A DNA stretch of 50,712 nucleotides from Chlorokybus atmophyticus (lineage: Eukaryota; Plantae; Mesostigma and Chlorokybus algae), in the NCBI GenBank assembly GCA_009103225.1, contig RHPI01002503.1, positions 381,456 through 432,167 on the forward strand, in the 5' to 3' direction. Numbering within the stretch: position 1 is the first letter of the stretch; each line of letters opens with the position of its first letter. Below, one piece after another: positions 23,601 to 38,000 of this stretch. Below the pieces are notes generated by a model. That model was not told where the DNA came from. It did not search any database and saw only the letters and a list, made by a program, of their open reading frames with translations. The position numbers were made by a program, and so were the translations under genes.

Positions 23601-26600
23601 ATGTGCATAGCTGACTAGACATGTAGTGTGGTTATATACCTGAGCAGCAGCTGACAGTCATGCTTTGTGCAGGTGTTACAAAGCAACAGCAATCTGGTGG
23701 ATAGCGACCTGGGTGATGAGGTGCGACGCCTGTTTGCTGTCGCTGTGCAGGCAATGCCTCGACTGCCATCAGTGACATCAGAACAGGTGTGTGCTCCACC
23801 GGAGTTGCAATTCGTGTCATGGGTGTAGCAGGTGCCCTGTGGCACTCATATTTGCATTGCAGTTTCTAGTATTCTGAGTTTGATGTTGGCGCTCTCTTGT
23901 AGCCGGCTGCAGAGGCATTCGCAAGTGACGTTGAAGAGGAGGCAAACTCGTATTTTCAAAAAATTTATACATCTCAGCAGTCAATTGAGGATGTGCTTCA
24001 AATGCTGAAGGGCTTCAAGAGCTCCAGCCAGCAGAGGTATTATTTGCATGTGCAGTTGCTCCATGTCGTTGTTGCCATTGGTGGGTTATGACTTCATTAG
24101 GCTGATGCTGCTTTATTGCTGCAGAGAGCAAGATATCTTTGCCTGCATGATTCACAATCTGTTTGATGAGTATCGATTTTTCCCCAAGTACCCAGACAAG
24201 GAACTTCGCATCACAGCCATTTTGTTTGGTGAGTGATTTGGCTCGTTTTGCAGCATGTCAACTTGCATATATTTGTGCGCTTGCATGTTGGTTGTAAGGT
24301 TCACAACCACAGTTGCAACACGCCGCATGCTTAGCCTCTTGCTATGTATTTGCAGGCTCTCTTATTCAGCATCAGCTGGTGTCTTCCATCACGTTAGGCA
24401 TAGCGCTGCGTTATGTGTTAGACGCGCTGCGGAAGCCTCTGCAGACAAAGGTTGTTGTGAGGCTGGGCTGTAGTGTTATCCTACTTCAGTTTTGCTCACT
24501 TGAGGACGCGTGGTGTGCAGATGTTTATGTTTGGTCTCGTGGCTTTGGAGCAGTTCAAGGCCAGACTGGCAGAGTGGCCGCAGTATTGCTCACACATTTT
24601 GCAGATCCAGCACATGAGGCAGGCTCACCCAGAAATGATTGCCGCAATTGAGCGGCTCCTGCACCCTGCATCACAGTCAGCTGCCCCGCCAGCGCCATCT
24701 GCACTTCCAGAGTCACTGCAGTACCCACAGGCAGGGCTAGCAGCTGGAGTCATGGGGTCAGAACTCTTCGAGTTGCCTGCACAAGACTCTGCAGAGCCCA
24801 GGACGGTTGCTGCTGCAGCAGAGCGGGCTACAGGGGTAAGTTGCAGGATTCAAGGTTGTTTTGGCAGTTGCTATCATGCTGTTTGTTACTTTGTTGCAAG
24901 TCCGTTCACGAGCACATATTCACTCACTGTTGTGCAGGGAGAAGGTCAACAACACGTTGACACCTCAACACCTGGAGGCGGTGATCACAAAGCACCCGCC
25001 CAAGCAGAGCCTGCCCAGTCAGCAGCTCCTCAGCAAGCAGTGCCCACTCCGGCATCTGCTGTCCCTCCACGGACTCCAGAGCGCATATTCCCTCGCGAGC
25101 CACCCAAGGTAATCCATTCTTATCCAGAGTTCATGTGCTGCTACTCGATGTGTGCTAATTGGTTGTGTTACTCAGACACCGGAGCGAACAGTGTCGGGCA
25201 GTTTTTATAATGCTGCTTCTCCTGCCAGGCCTTCATCAGGTCAGCACGCATTGATACCACATCTTATGCATTTGCAACTGCTGCATTGCGGAAAGCCTGT
25301 GACGTGTGCAGCAAGTTGTAGTCACAGCTTGCTCATGTTGTACCTGTTGGTTCAACTGCGTGATAAACAGGTGTGCTTCCGAATAGTCTCCAGCCCCCTC
25401 CAGCTCCTTCTTTTGCGACAGCTTTGAATATAGATACGCTGATTACAGCTGTGGACCGGCTGGAGGACATGAAGGTAGGCCACTCAGGTTGTATGTTACG
25501 GGGCAATTGTTACCTGTGAGTGGTCAATGTCAGACCATCAACGCGCTTTGTCTGCTATGTCTGCAGGTTCCTTCAGAGGGTGTTCAGGACAAGTTACACT
25601 TTCTTATCAACAACATATCAGCAGCCAATTTGGACGTCAAAGCGCAGGAGCTCCTTTTGATGATTAATCCGGACTATACTAACTGGTTTGCCCAGTATAT
25701 GGTGGTTAAGCGGGCGAGCATTGAGCCCAACTTCCACGAGCTTTACATCAGTGTATTGGACAAGTTGAATGCGAAGAACGTACACCAGGAAGTATTGAAA
25801 GCAACTCATGAAAACGTCCGTGTTCTGCTGTTGTCAGAGAAGATCAAGTCTAGCTCATCAGAGAGGTCCTTGCTAAAAAATCTTGGGAGCTGGCTTGGTC
25901 GCTTGACCATTGGCCGCAACAAGCCACTACTCCAAAAAGATTTGAATCCCAAGGCTCTGATTACGGAGGCCTATGAGAAGGGCCGCATGATTGCGGTAAT
26001 TCCCTTTGTTTCCAAGGTGCTGGAGTCATGCAAGAACAGCAAGATCTTTAGACCACCAAACCCTTGGGTGATGGCAGTAATATCTTTACTGGCGGAGATT
26101 TATGCAGTCCCCGAGTTGAAGTTGAACTTGAAATTTGAGATTGAAGTGCTCTGCAAACACCTGTCCCTTGAGATATCGGACATATCTCCATCTCAACTTC
26201 TCGTTGGGCGCTCTCGTGAACAGTTTGGCAATCCAGACTTTAACCCAAGCAGAGCAACACCAGCTGCTGCTGATCAGCCAGCTGCCGTTGTCTCACCTCT
26301 TATTGCACCAACACCACCCCCAGCAACTCCTCCAGCCATTGAGTATGCAGCACCTCCCGCACCTGCCACACCTGCAGCTTCCACAATTACTAGCGCACCT
26401 TCCATGCCTAGTCCCCTTGTTGCCAACATCAGCACAGCTGAGAGTACAGAGGACTTGGTCTTGGCTCCGACACCACCTGCACCCACAGATGCAGCTGGTC
26501 CCAGCATTACAGGACCTGTTGGCGCTTTTGCTGCCAGTGCAGCCAACACAGCCAATACATATCCTGATCAAACTCTTATCCCTAACTTGAGGGCGTATGT

Positions 26601-29600
26601 GCAGATCAACCCGTCATTGAGCGTTCTCAACCAAGTGGTCAATCTCAAACGCCTAGTGCCCCTTGCTGTTGACCGTGCCATTCGAGAAATCATATCGCCG
26701 GTTGTGGAGCGCAGTGTGACGATTGCATCAATGACCACCCGGGAGTTCATTATGAAAGACTTTGCAATGGAGCCTGATGAAGGCCGCATGCGGAAAGCAG
26801 CCCATCTGATGGTGTCTAGCCTTGCTGGGAGTTTAGCGCTAGTAACTTGCAAAGAACCTTTGCGTGTATCCATGGCAAATCATCATCGGCAGCTGTTGCA
26901 GGCTTTTGCAAATTCCATTGAGCCTGCAGCACTGGAGCAGGCAGTGCAGCTAGCAACTGCTGATAACCTCGAGTTAGGATGCTCGCTTATTGAGAAGGCA
27001 GCAACGGAGAAGGCCATTCATGACATCGATGAAGCTTTGCAGCAAGCATACACTGTTCGTATCAAGCATCGCGAGCAAACTGGGCAGCCATACTACGATA
27101 TGTCCATTTTTGCTTCCGGGCGGTATCCCAGTGCTCTGCCTGATGCATTGCGCCCTAAGCCAGGGCGAATGACACCTGCACAGCAGCGTGTCTATGAAGA
27201 CTTCGCTCGGCTTCCTCGCCAGCCACCTCCAACCCCTCGTCCATACGGGCAACCTGGCCCTCCTGGTGGTGACATTGACTTGGAGCGCGCAGCTTCCATG
27301 AACAGCATGCCATTCTTGGGTGCACCAGCAGTTCCAAGCGGTGACTTAGCCTTGCGTGAAGGGGCAACCACTCCCTCTGACCAGAGCTCTTCGCTTATGG
27401 CTGGCGCCATGACCATGCCACTGCACGATGCCCAGGTGGTGTCTAGGCGGTCATCGTCGGGCGCTTCCGAGTTTGCGGCTACTTCAGAACCCTCCATGAG
27501 CACTGGCGAAGTCATTGATAAGTATAGGAACACCATCCACAAGGTTGATGTTGCGTTGAGTCAGCTGCCAGCATCTGCTGCGCAATTGGATGGCATCCCC
27601 AATGAGGCAGAGCTGAGAGCACTGATAGCGGAGATTCCCGATCACATCTCTCAGGCTGTTAGTCGTGACGAGGCGGCGCTTGCCATTGCACAGAAGGTGT
27701 TCAACCGGCTGTATGAGCACGCCAACAGCCGCATCCATATCTTTGTGCATCTTACCATTTTGGAGGCTGTGCGTGACACATGCAAGCGTGTAGACAAGCA
27801 GCTGACGAGCTGGGTGATTTACTCTGAGGAGGAAAGAAAGCTCAACCGCGAGATTATCATTGGGCTGTTTCGCTCCAACCTCATTAATGCCGGGGACTTC
27901 AGCATGCACTTGGCAAAGCTTATGGATGGTGGCCGACATGGTGAGCTGTATGCGTGTTGTCAGGGCCAGTGTGTTACACCAATGTTCCATCATGTTCACC
28001 AAGCTTACTCTTGACTTGCTGTCCAGCTGCTGCAACAGAGTTGGCTATCCATCTTGTCAAGGTCTGCATCATTCAGGAGCATCTGACAACCGCAACTGAA
28101 ATGTTCAATGTATTGGATGCCTTAAGCAAGGTGCAGCCCTGCTCTGGTTGCAAAGACACCTATTGTTTCAACACATGTCAAGTTATCTACTCCGTCATTC
28201 CTAACCTATTGTGTGCCACCAGATTGCACAGCGCCCTGGTGCTCCCGAGGCTTTGCTGCAACTTCTGGAACGTGCACGACCTTCCCAGACAAATGCAGCA
28301 GACGAGTCTGGCAGACCCAAGGATAGAAAGGTATCACGCCTGCAATGAAAGTAGTTGTACATGCTGCAATATTGCATGCCTATTGCTGATGGCTTCTTGA
28401 TCACCTCAGGCTGGACCAGTTGTACGTCCTCCATCTGCCAAAGACGAAAAGCATACTCCACGTGATGCAGGAGATCTTCCTGGCCTTCGTGAGCAGGTGC
28501 AGCTGGTTCAAGCAGTGGTCACAGAAACTGTGCACTGCATAGCTTGCTTGTACTCAATTTTGGTCATCATCCTTCAGGTGGTACTGCTTTTTGATGAGTG
28601 GGCCAGGATCTGTGAAACCAATGCTGGTGGTGGCGACAAGGCGTACACGTCCTACATTCTGCAATTGCAGCAAAGTGGACTGTTGAAAAATGATGACCTG
28701 CTTGAACGCTTTTTCCGCATACTGACAGTGAGTTGGCATAAGGCAGCATCAATGGCCACATTGTGGTCAGTGCATGTCAATCAAGTTCACTGTACTCACA
28801 AAGGGTATCAAACGCAGGAAGTTGCTGTCGCACACTGCAATGTGCCAGATGCTAATGCCACGCACCAGCCTGCTGTTCTTTCCTTCACGGCAGTGGACAT
28901 GTACTCCAAGTTGGTGGTATTGCTTGTGAAGGTACTGGTTGATTTGAAGTTACTACGCGTGTACATTCAGTGTTCATGATGATTGCGTTGATGGCATGGT
29001 ATCAGTTATTGGTTACGTGCTTACCTGCAACAGCAGTTGCCCCGAGTGGATTGATAAGTTCTGAGGTATTGACGCGAATACAGTGGTGCCGGTTCTAACA
29101 GTTTGATTTGATGCAGTACTATGGCGATCCTGCAGCTGGCAGCAGTAACATTAGCCGCATAAACCTTTTCAACAAGGTACAAGATTGTCCTCACAACTGT
29201 TGCAACGTCACTGCAAGCATCTGAGCTACGCTATGGCTACAGGTTTTGGGAGTGACTGTACGTGTCATCCAACGTGACGCAGATGAGCGGCGTGCAACTT
29301 TCAATCCCAGACCTTATTTCCGGTTGTTTGTGGACTGGCTGATGGATTTGAATGCTGCAGATCCGCTTTTGGACTCCAGCAACTTCCAAGTAAGCGCTTT
29401 TTCACCTGCAGTGTGGTGATGATTTGCGCTTGGCATGCTGACATCTGCGACGGTTCTGATCGACACTTTTCATGATCAGGTTCTGATGGCGTTTGGCAAT
29501 GCATTCCTCGCTCTTCAGCCGCTGCGGCTACCTAGCTTCAGGTGGGCACAATGCAGTTGTGAGTATCCGGTGGTGCCTAGTGGTGTTGTCGGCAAGTCCG

Positions 29601-31202
29601 TGCACTGCAATCATTGTTTGCTGATCATTGCCTATCGGCAGCTTTGCTTGGTTGGAGCTTGTGTCGCATCGACTCTTCATGCCGAAGCTGTTGATGGCAC
29701 ATTCTCAAAAGGGATGGCCACTTTTCCAGCGACTTCTAGTGGCGCTGTTTAAGTTCATGGAGCCCTATCTGCGCAATGCTGAGCTCAACTTGCCGGTACA
29801 CAACCACCGTTTGCCCTGCGCAATGACTTTCATGCATGGTCGTCCATTCATAATGTGCTCACTCTTGATGTTGTAGGTCCGCTTGCTCTACAAGGGAACT
29901 TTGCGGGTGCTGCTTGTTTTGCTGCACGACTTTCCAGAGTTCCTATGCGATAATCACTTCAACCTTTGCGATGTCATCCCGCCCACGTGCATCCAGCTTC
30001 GCAACCTTATCTTGTCTGCATTCCCTCGCAACATGCGACTGCCAGACCCATTCACGCCCAACCTAAAGGTTGCGAGTCAGCTCTTGCATGGGTCCCCAAC
30101 CTTATCTCATCACCTGTGCTTATCTTGCGCCACTTGCATCAGGTTGACCTGCTGCCCGAGATCAGCCAGTCTCCTCGCATACTGTCTGATGTTGAGCATG
30201 TGCTGAGAAACAAGCAGTTGAAAGGGGATCTTGACCAGTACCTAAAGGTGTGCCAATTATGTATGCCATGACGGTTGCATGATGTTGATCGGCTGCTGTC
30301 TCATGACAGCTAAGCATTGTTGTTGCAGGCCCGGCAGCCAGTTGCATTCATTGTTGATTTACGCCAGCGGCTGCTACTGCTTCCGCAAGATGCTATGACA
30401 CTTGGCACCCGATACGATGTCCCGCTTATCAACGCCCTTGTGCTCTATGTCGGCATTCAGGTATATGTGGCATGGCGTCCGAAGTTGTGTGTTGTGTCCA
30501 TGCGCTTTTGCTGAATTGATGGTTGTTTTGCAGGCAATTCAACAGTTGCAGAGCAAGTCACCACAGGCTGCTGCACCGATCACACATAGTGCCCCGATGG
30601 ATGTGTTTCAGCGTCTGGTCAGTGAGCTTGACTCAGAGGGCAGGTATTTCGTACTGAATGCCATTGCCAACCAGCTGCGGTATCCCAACAACCATACGCA
30701 CTACTTCTCGTGCGTCCTTCTCTACCTCTTTGCTGAAGCGCATCAGGTACTTGACTGTGTGGCATTAACATGGGGGGGGGAGGGGGGGGGAGAATGTTGA
30801 CTGGTTGCCTGCCCTGTACCCGTGGGAGGTCATAATTATCTTTTTTTGCAGGAGGTGGTGCAAGAGCAAATCACGCGGGTGCTGCTTGAGCGCCTGATTG
30901 TAAACAGGCCCCACCCATGGGGCTTGTTGATTACCTTTATTGAGTTAATTAAGGTATGTGGTAGATATTTGCGCTAGTAACTAAAAGTTGGGAATAAACT
31001 GTGGAGCTTGCTTTCCGCTTGACTCATTGTGTTCCTGTTCCAGAACCCCCGCTACAATTTCTGGAGCCACAGGTTTACCCGCTGTGCCCCAGAAATAGAA
31101 AGGTTGTTTGAGTCTGTTGCGAGGTCGTGCATGGGGCCTCCGCCAAAGGTAGCTGATGACGACCTCAACCAAGGCCCACCAGTTAACGAAGTCAAGGCCT
31201 AA
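20658..31202 (+). CDS. NOT1: CCR4-NOT complex scaffold subunit 1, multi-exon
   Basis: N-terminus [15 protein letters not shown] (ATG at 20658 or 20670), [14 protein letters not shown], large exon 25567-27940 ([29 protein letters not shown]-like [13 protein letters not shown]), C-terminal [22 protein letters not shown], and last exon [22 protein letters not shown] with stop TAA at 31200-31202. Not every internal exon boundary was traced. Confidence 0.95.
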
Positions 31203-32008
31203 CCGCAATGCGGCTGCCTAAACCTGTAGTATATGAGCATGCTGTTGTGCACACCTAGTATAGAGAGAGCATACCGTAGAGCGGCACATTGTTTGCAAAC
31301 ATTGCACCACTGCAGTTGTATAGTTAGTGTTGGGTGTCTTGTGCAAGAGCTCGTTTGCGCAACATTGGCAATGTACAGGTTTGCAATCGACATAAGTTGC
31401 CACTGTGTAAGGATTCTCAGGCTTACACAGCTCATTTCTAACATCAGTTGTCCTTGCTCACAAGTACGCCCATAGTGCTTTATATGATGATATCGCCATA
31501 ATTCACGAGGTCAGTACGGAGATACCAGGTGGTTCCACAACTCGTGCATGCTTACCGCTGGCTCCAGATCGCGACGTACTAACTTTTAACAAGACAACCG
31601 CATAAACCAGCAGGTAAGGGGAGAGAGAGTAATCAAGATGACCGCGCATGCATGCATGCATGCATGCATACATGACAGATGGGGCAAGGTAGTGTTAGCA
31701 TGCTAGTCATAGATAGCCATAGCCCGGTGGAGCGGTGGAGCGGTAATATATGTGGTGCCGGCTTATTGCAGGTGCTGTTTTGTTCATACCATGCATGTGC
31801 TTATTCTAGCATACCACCTTTTGTGCACATGGACAAGTTCGTGAACACAAATGTCAGCATCAGCAATTATTGAATGCTACCCAACCAGCACTTTGGCTGC
31901 GGGTGAATTGTGCGACAACAACGAACATACTCTAATGCACTACAGTCCACTGCTGGGCAAGCCACGCGATGAGGCAACCCAATCACTACCTGTCCAAGCT
32001 GGGTGCAG

Positions 32009-35000
32009 CTATTTCCCCAGCTTCCCAACGAACTTCCCTAAATCGTACTCTTCTGCATACTGTGACTCCTCCCACAGCTCTCCCAAGCCGCTCAGCATGG
32101 CTTTGAGCCCCGTTGCGGACTTCTTGTGTGCAGGTGGAGCGGTTGCCGTAGACGACCCCGGCTGTGACACAGTAAATAGATCGAGCAGTTGCGTGGTGTC
32201 CATGGTGTCCATGGACAGATTGTCTTTGTTGACAACTGCATTGGCAATGCTCAGCTTAAACCTCTGCAGGCTCATAACCTTCTCCTCAACGGTTCCTCGA
32301 GTGATGAGTCGATACACATTGACAGAGCGCTGCTGGCCCAGCCTGTGTGCGCGGTCCATGGCTTGCAGATCGCGCATGGGATTCCAGTCGTGCTCGACAA
32401 AGATGACAGTATCAGCGGCAGTCAAGTTCAGCCCTAGGCCTCCTACATGTGTGCTGAGCAGCAGCACATCAATCGTCGGATCCGTGTTGAAGCGCTGTAC
32501 GATGTCAAACCTCTTGGATGCTGCAATGCTGCCATCCAGCCGCAAATACGTAACTTGCGGCATTTGCTTTTGGAACAAGTCATTTTCAATGATATCCAGG
32601 AAAGCTTTGAGCTGCGCAAAGATGAGAACTCTGTGCTGGCCACCGTCCAGCTGAGCTTCACCACCTGGCAGTGACGCCTCTGCAGAGACAGGAAGTCCGA
32701 TCCCGCAATTGTGCAAAAGCTCTTGCAGTGCCAACAGCTTTGGAGCGTTATGCAGCTTATGCATGGCTTCAAGGCCACCCTCTGCCTGCACCGCAGCAGT
32801 GTGCTGCGGTATGGCAGTGTCCACAACCAGTGAAGGATGACTACACAGCTTGCGCAAGTACTGCAAGGCTTGAAACACATGTCCCGGTGCAGCTTCCTGC
32901 AACAGACAATGCCACATTATAACTACATGTTCATCGCTGCGGCAAAGCATGCAGACCTTGGAGCGCTTGTGTAAATACTTACTAGCAACGGGGCGTCCTC
33001 ACTGTCTGCTAAGTGCTCAATGTCGGTGCCAAGCTGCGATCGGGCCTGCGACCGTGAGAAGTGCTCGTACAATCGCAGCTGCAAAGGGCTCAGGTCACAA
33101 TAGATGTCCTGAATTATTTTGGGTGGAAGATCCGCTAACACCTGGTCCTTTGTTCGCCGCAGTAAGAATGGCATCACTTGCTTGTGCAGTGCATCCATTG
33201 CAAGGATGCTCGCTTCAGTGTCACGCTGCGTGCTTTTGGGATCACGAGCTGCGGTGACAGCACGGCCAAACTTCTGGTTGAACTGCTGCTCAGTACCCAA
33301 GAAGCCAGGCATCAAGAAGTCAAACAGCGACCACAGCTCCAACACGTGGTTCTGCACTGGAGTGCCAGAAAGAATCAACCTATGCTCAGCTCGCACCCGC
33401 TTGACCGCTTGAGTTATTTTTGCCTTGGAGTTCTTGATGATATGACCCTCGTCAAGGACACAGTAACTCCAAGCCATATCAAACAGAACATCAATGTCGT
33501 TGCGCAGCACCTCATATGATGTCACAACAACATTGTAGTGCTTGAAACGCTTGCGCAATGAAACACGTTCTGCCAAAGGTCCAACATATTGCAGCGGCTT
33601 GATCACGTCACCGCAGAACTTCTGCAACTCCAGCTCCCAGTGCGCCACAAGCGTTGGTGGACAGACAACAAGCGAAGGGAGAGGTTTTGAGTCTGGCCGC
33701 TGAGTTTCAGCATGCCGGGCAGCTCTGTCGGCGATGTCTGCAGCCATAATGGCAGAAGCCTGCAATGTCTTGCCAAGTCCCATGTCATCACACAGGATGC
33801 CATGCAACCTGAAACGCCTCAGGAAGGCAAGCCAATTGATGCCCTCCTGCTGGTAGCGTCGCAAGGTGCAGTTCAAACGCACCGGCAGCACGTAGTCGTC
33901 TACTTGATTGTTATCAAGCAGCTGCTCCAGGAACTGCAGGTCCGCACTGTGGGTTTCCTGCAAACCCTCTGGCAAGGACATGCCTCTTGCAAGAGGCAGC
34001 AGAGGTACAAGCGTAGCGAAGGTGTGCGTCACACTCTCTCTCACTTTCTGTTCAGAGTCGCTCATCCTGCCGAGCAATGGGACAACTAGGAGTGCCGCAT
34101 ATGGCACCGCCTGATGCCCAACAGCAGCCACAATGGCGGCGAAAGCCGCTGCAGCTCCCCGCCTCGTAGACGCACTTGTTGTGTCGCCCAGCATAGGCAC
34201 CACGTGTTGCAAAACCAGCCGTATGACTTGATCAAATGCAGTGGTGGCAAATGCAGCGATGCATCTTGCCGCAGCGCGCCGCACCAGCGCATGGGGATGA
34301 CCTAGACAAACAAACACCGCGGGCAGAAGGCGCAGCAACTGCTCCTGGAGGGATTTGTGCAGTGACGGCACCAGAATTTGCACCACCTGTTACTCTATAT
34401 TTGACAAGACGAACCACCATGGGGCCTGTTCAAGACTACATACAGTTGCAGTAACGCACCTGCAGGGACTCAACAATGGTCTGCGCTGCATTAGGCTGAC
34501 TGTGTGCCTGTAAAAAGCTGGCAACAAGTACAGCATTAGGCATGGGGTGCATGCTTGGCTGGGGTAGCGATGGATTGTCGCAAAGCAATCCCTGGAAAGG
34601 AGCTGCCATGCAGTCCCATAGCTTTGGGACGGCGGTGAACAGGCTGTCCCCAAACTGCAGCGCAAATGCTTGAAGGGTAGCTTCAGCCCCCCGCCGAGTA
34701 ACTGCTCCTTCTGCACGTGCTATAGCTTCCGCATCCATAGCAGCCTTTGCTGCTGTCAGCTCGGCTTCCAACAAGTCTTTTCGACCCACTCTGCAATGGA
34801 CCACAAGTTGTCACATACAGCACAGCACGTCCTGCTGTGAGCGATACGACGTGCATTACCTGGCTGATGCTGCAGACTCTTGCAGCTCCAACTCCTGCGC
34901 AGCTATGCTTTCGTTGTCCATATTGCCGGTAGTCAATGGTGGTGTTACAGCGGGGTCTGCGCATGCCAGTGCGCAAACATTTTTGACAATCTTGTCATTG

Positions 35001-38000
35001 GGGCTAGGGCGTCTCTCTATGCTTAACTTGGCTAGAAGCGCCACAGACCGAGCAGCCAGTCTCTGCAACGGTTCTGCCTGGGAATAACCTGAGTTAGCAA
35101 TGTCCATGCACAAGTCTGATATAGCATGAAGGTGACTGCAATACGTGCTGCCGAGTATGCATGCTGGTGAACCAAGCACCCCCTCCCAAACGCAGTTGGG
35201 TTGAGTGCGCAACAGCAGCTATGTCTGTTGCAAGTTGCATTCAGAACTGAATGCAACTTGCAATAGACATAATTACCAGCAATCAATGACCTTTGAACAC
35301 ATGGTGCACGTTGCACACATCCTTCAAAGCGCATGCACACAGCGGTGCAACAGACATCAGTACCTGTTCTCGTCGTAAGCCAGACATCAAGGGCTGAACA
35401 ACAGGGTTCAACTTGACAGGCAAGTCCCTGGTTGCCACCACTGCACTCGCTAACGATGCCAGCACACTCATGTGCAGGTTAATCTGCAATGAGCAATCAG
35501 CACTAGCTCCAGTCCATATGCCAGCCTCACAGAGCTTGCCAGCACATTGTCTTCAGCTGTGAGTTGTGCCGCACATAGCAAACATGAGCATGCACCTGTA
35601 ATTGATGAAGGTACCCAGCAGTGCCAAGCACACTGCTTCTACACTGTGATAAAAGAGCGTGTGCACTGCCAGCATCGGCTGCCTTCCCCAGTGGTAAAGC
35701 AATACTTTGTGCTAGCTGGCTGGCTGCGTCAACACCAATGCTGTCGGTGTCTGGTAACTTGTTAACCTGCAAGCATTTCAGTGATGGTACGTTAGTGAGG
35801 CTAAACGCAACGACCGCTTGCGTGCAAGGTTACGCCAACTCTGCAACCATACTGAACTGACTGCAGTTGTTTGTGATACTGATCGAGTTGTTTTGAAAGG
35901 TGTTGGGCAATCCCTGCTTGCATGGAGACCTCACCTGCGTGAGCAAGCCCGCAGCTTGCGCATGCTGGACAAGCCTTGCTGCTTCTCCTCGTAACTTTAT
36001 GTACAAAGCTCTGGACTCCACGTAAGGTTCTCTGGAGTTAGGGGAGGGACAAGATGAGTCCGTATGTTTGAGTAGATCGAGCATCTGGCTGCGAAGATTG
36101 CTTGCCGGCTCTGGCATTTGCAAAGTCGCTGGCCCCTCCGCCGGGCATAGCCACTCAGCAACCACCAGACCTGCCAGCAACCTTCTGCTGCTGGCCCCTG
36201 TTTTCAGCAACTCAGCCACGGGGAGCAGAAAGTCTTGCAGCTCTTCCGGCGGCCACATACGCAGTAGTGCTCCTAAAACTGTGCTCGAGGACATTCTCAT
36301 GTCTACCGCCTGCAGCCCATCAGCAGTGCCCACAACATAACGCTCCCCTGCATGCCTTATTGCTGAGCTGGCGAGAGCGTGTCCCGACCAAGTTGGTTCA
36401 GTCATGGGGACTTGAATCTTAGCTTCCCCCTTTGACCCGTTCGCCTCAGGTTTGTACACTGGGCGTTTTCCCACTCGGGACCGTGGCATAGACACAGGAA
36501 ACATGAACAGCGACGTATCCAGAGTAGAGCCTGACGGAGTAGACGCCAACGACAGCCAACCTTGCACCCAGGGGCGTGCTGCAGCTGACACCACAGCAGC
36601 AGGGTAACTCTGCAACCATTGCATGTGTGAGAACAGCAGCAGAGCGAGTTGCGGTACACATAACTCACCACCAGCACATGCAGTAGCAAGGGTGCATAAC
36701 TGGTGTGGCCAAGGGTTACCTCACACAGTAGGCGCCATACGCGGTGTGTGCATGACAAGACGTCCCAATGCTGCTCTACCAAACAGTTCTGGTATGTGTA
36801 CCTCAGCAGTTGCTCCAGGATTGGTACTGCCCAGACATTACCCTGCAGATGTATGTGTCACGCAAGCATAGCTGCAGACCATACAACAATAATAATGCAC
36901 CATAAGTGCATGTGCTCACACCACGCTGCAGTGCATACCTGGCCTGCGAGGCCGCCGCTGCTCAGCAAACGCTCCAAGGTTCGCATGCTACCGAGTCGCA
37001 CTGAGATGATGTTGTGACGCAAGAACGGCCACAACCTTGGCACGAGCAAAGACAAGTCTTCCTCCAAGTCAAAGTAATTCGTACCCAACTCTGATTTGAT
37101 TGATGAGTCGTGCAGCTCACTTTTTGCAACGAGTTGTTGCATCTCTTGTGCATTTGAATCTGATGCAGCCAAACCATGGCTCTGCTTGGGTGTACTGGTA
37201 GTGGGCTGATTGACGGCTACAGGCTGAGTGTACAATTCGGCTAGAAGTGTCATAATGCTGCAAGTCACAGAGTACTCAGCTCTTGTTGCAACAACACTAC
37301 AACACTACTAGAACAGACAACGCCAATTCTTGGGTTATTTATTTCTCAATGATGTCGTGCACTTGCGGCAAGCAAGCCAGCCAACCTGCTGGTGGATGGG
37401 CTGAGATCGTCAAGCTCAAGCAACGCATTCCAAAGAGTGTGAAGAATGCGCTTGAGCACAGGAGGTGGCATGGTTGTAACAATAGCGTTTGCGGCAGGTG
37501 CCAGCGCATCTGCTGCCACCGCCCTCACATCGTCATCCATGTCGTCGAGGCCAGCAGTGACAGAGGGTAAGAGCCCAGGAAGCAAAACTGGGAGTAACTC
37601 CTGCCAAGACATTACTGTTGAGTTGATAGCTTGCGATGCAAACAACCTTCTGCAGTGAAAGAGGTTATACCTGTCGCACTGCAACCAGGTACTTGATGCC
37701 GAGCAACCCACCATGCCGCACCTCCCACTCCGGGCGAGCCTATACTGGCAGACGGCATGAGAACACAGATCTGGAGCCAATCTATGCACCATTGCAATTT
37801 GCTGCCATTCAGAGCACCTGCAACTGCAGCAGCGTGCTCAAGGTATAACTCAGCAGCGCTAATGGCATGTACTTGAATGCAGCTCCAAGAGCTTGTGCGC
37901 AAGTTTCGCGTACAGGGGCGACCACTTGATCTGAAACAAAGTCACAAAACCTGCAAACGAGAGACTAGTCACAACCTGTGTTTCATGCAATGCATGCATG

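Noticed and set aside
31851-32654. 267-aa plus-strand ORF and other ORFs overlapping NOT1 and BTAF1
   Set aside because: Antisense or off-frame shadows of conserved exons.
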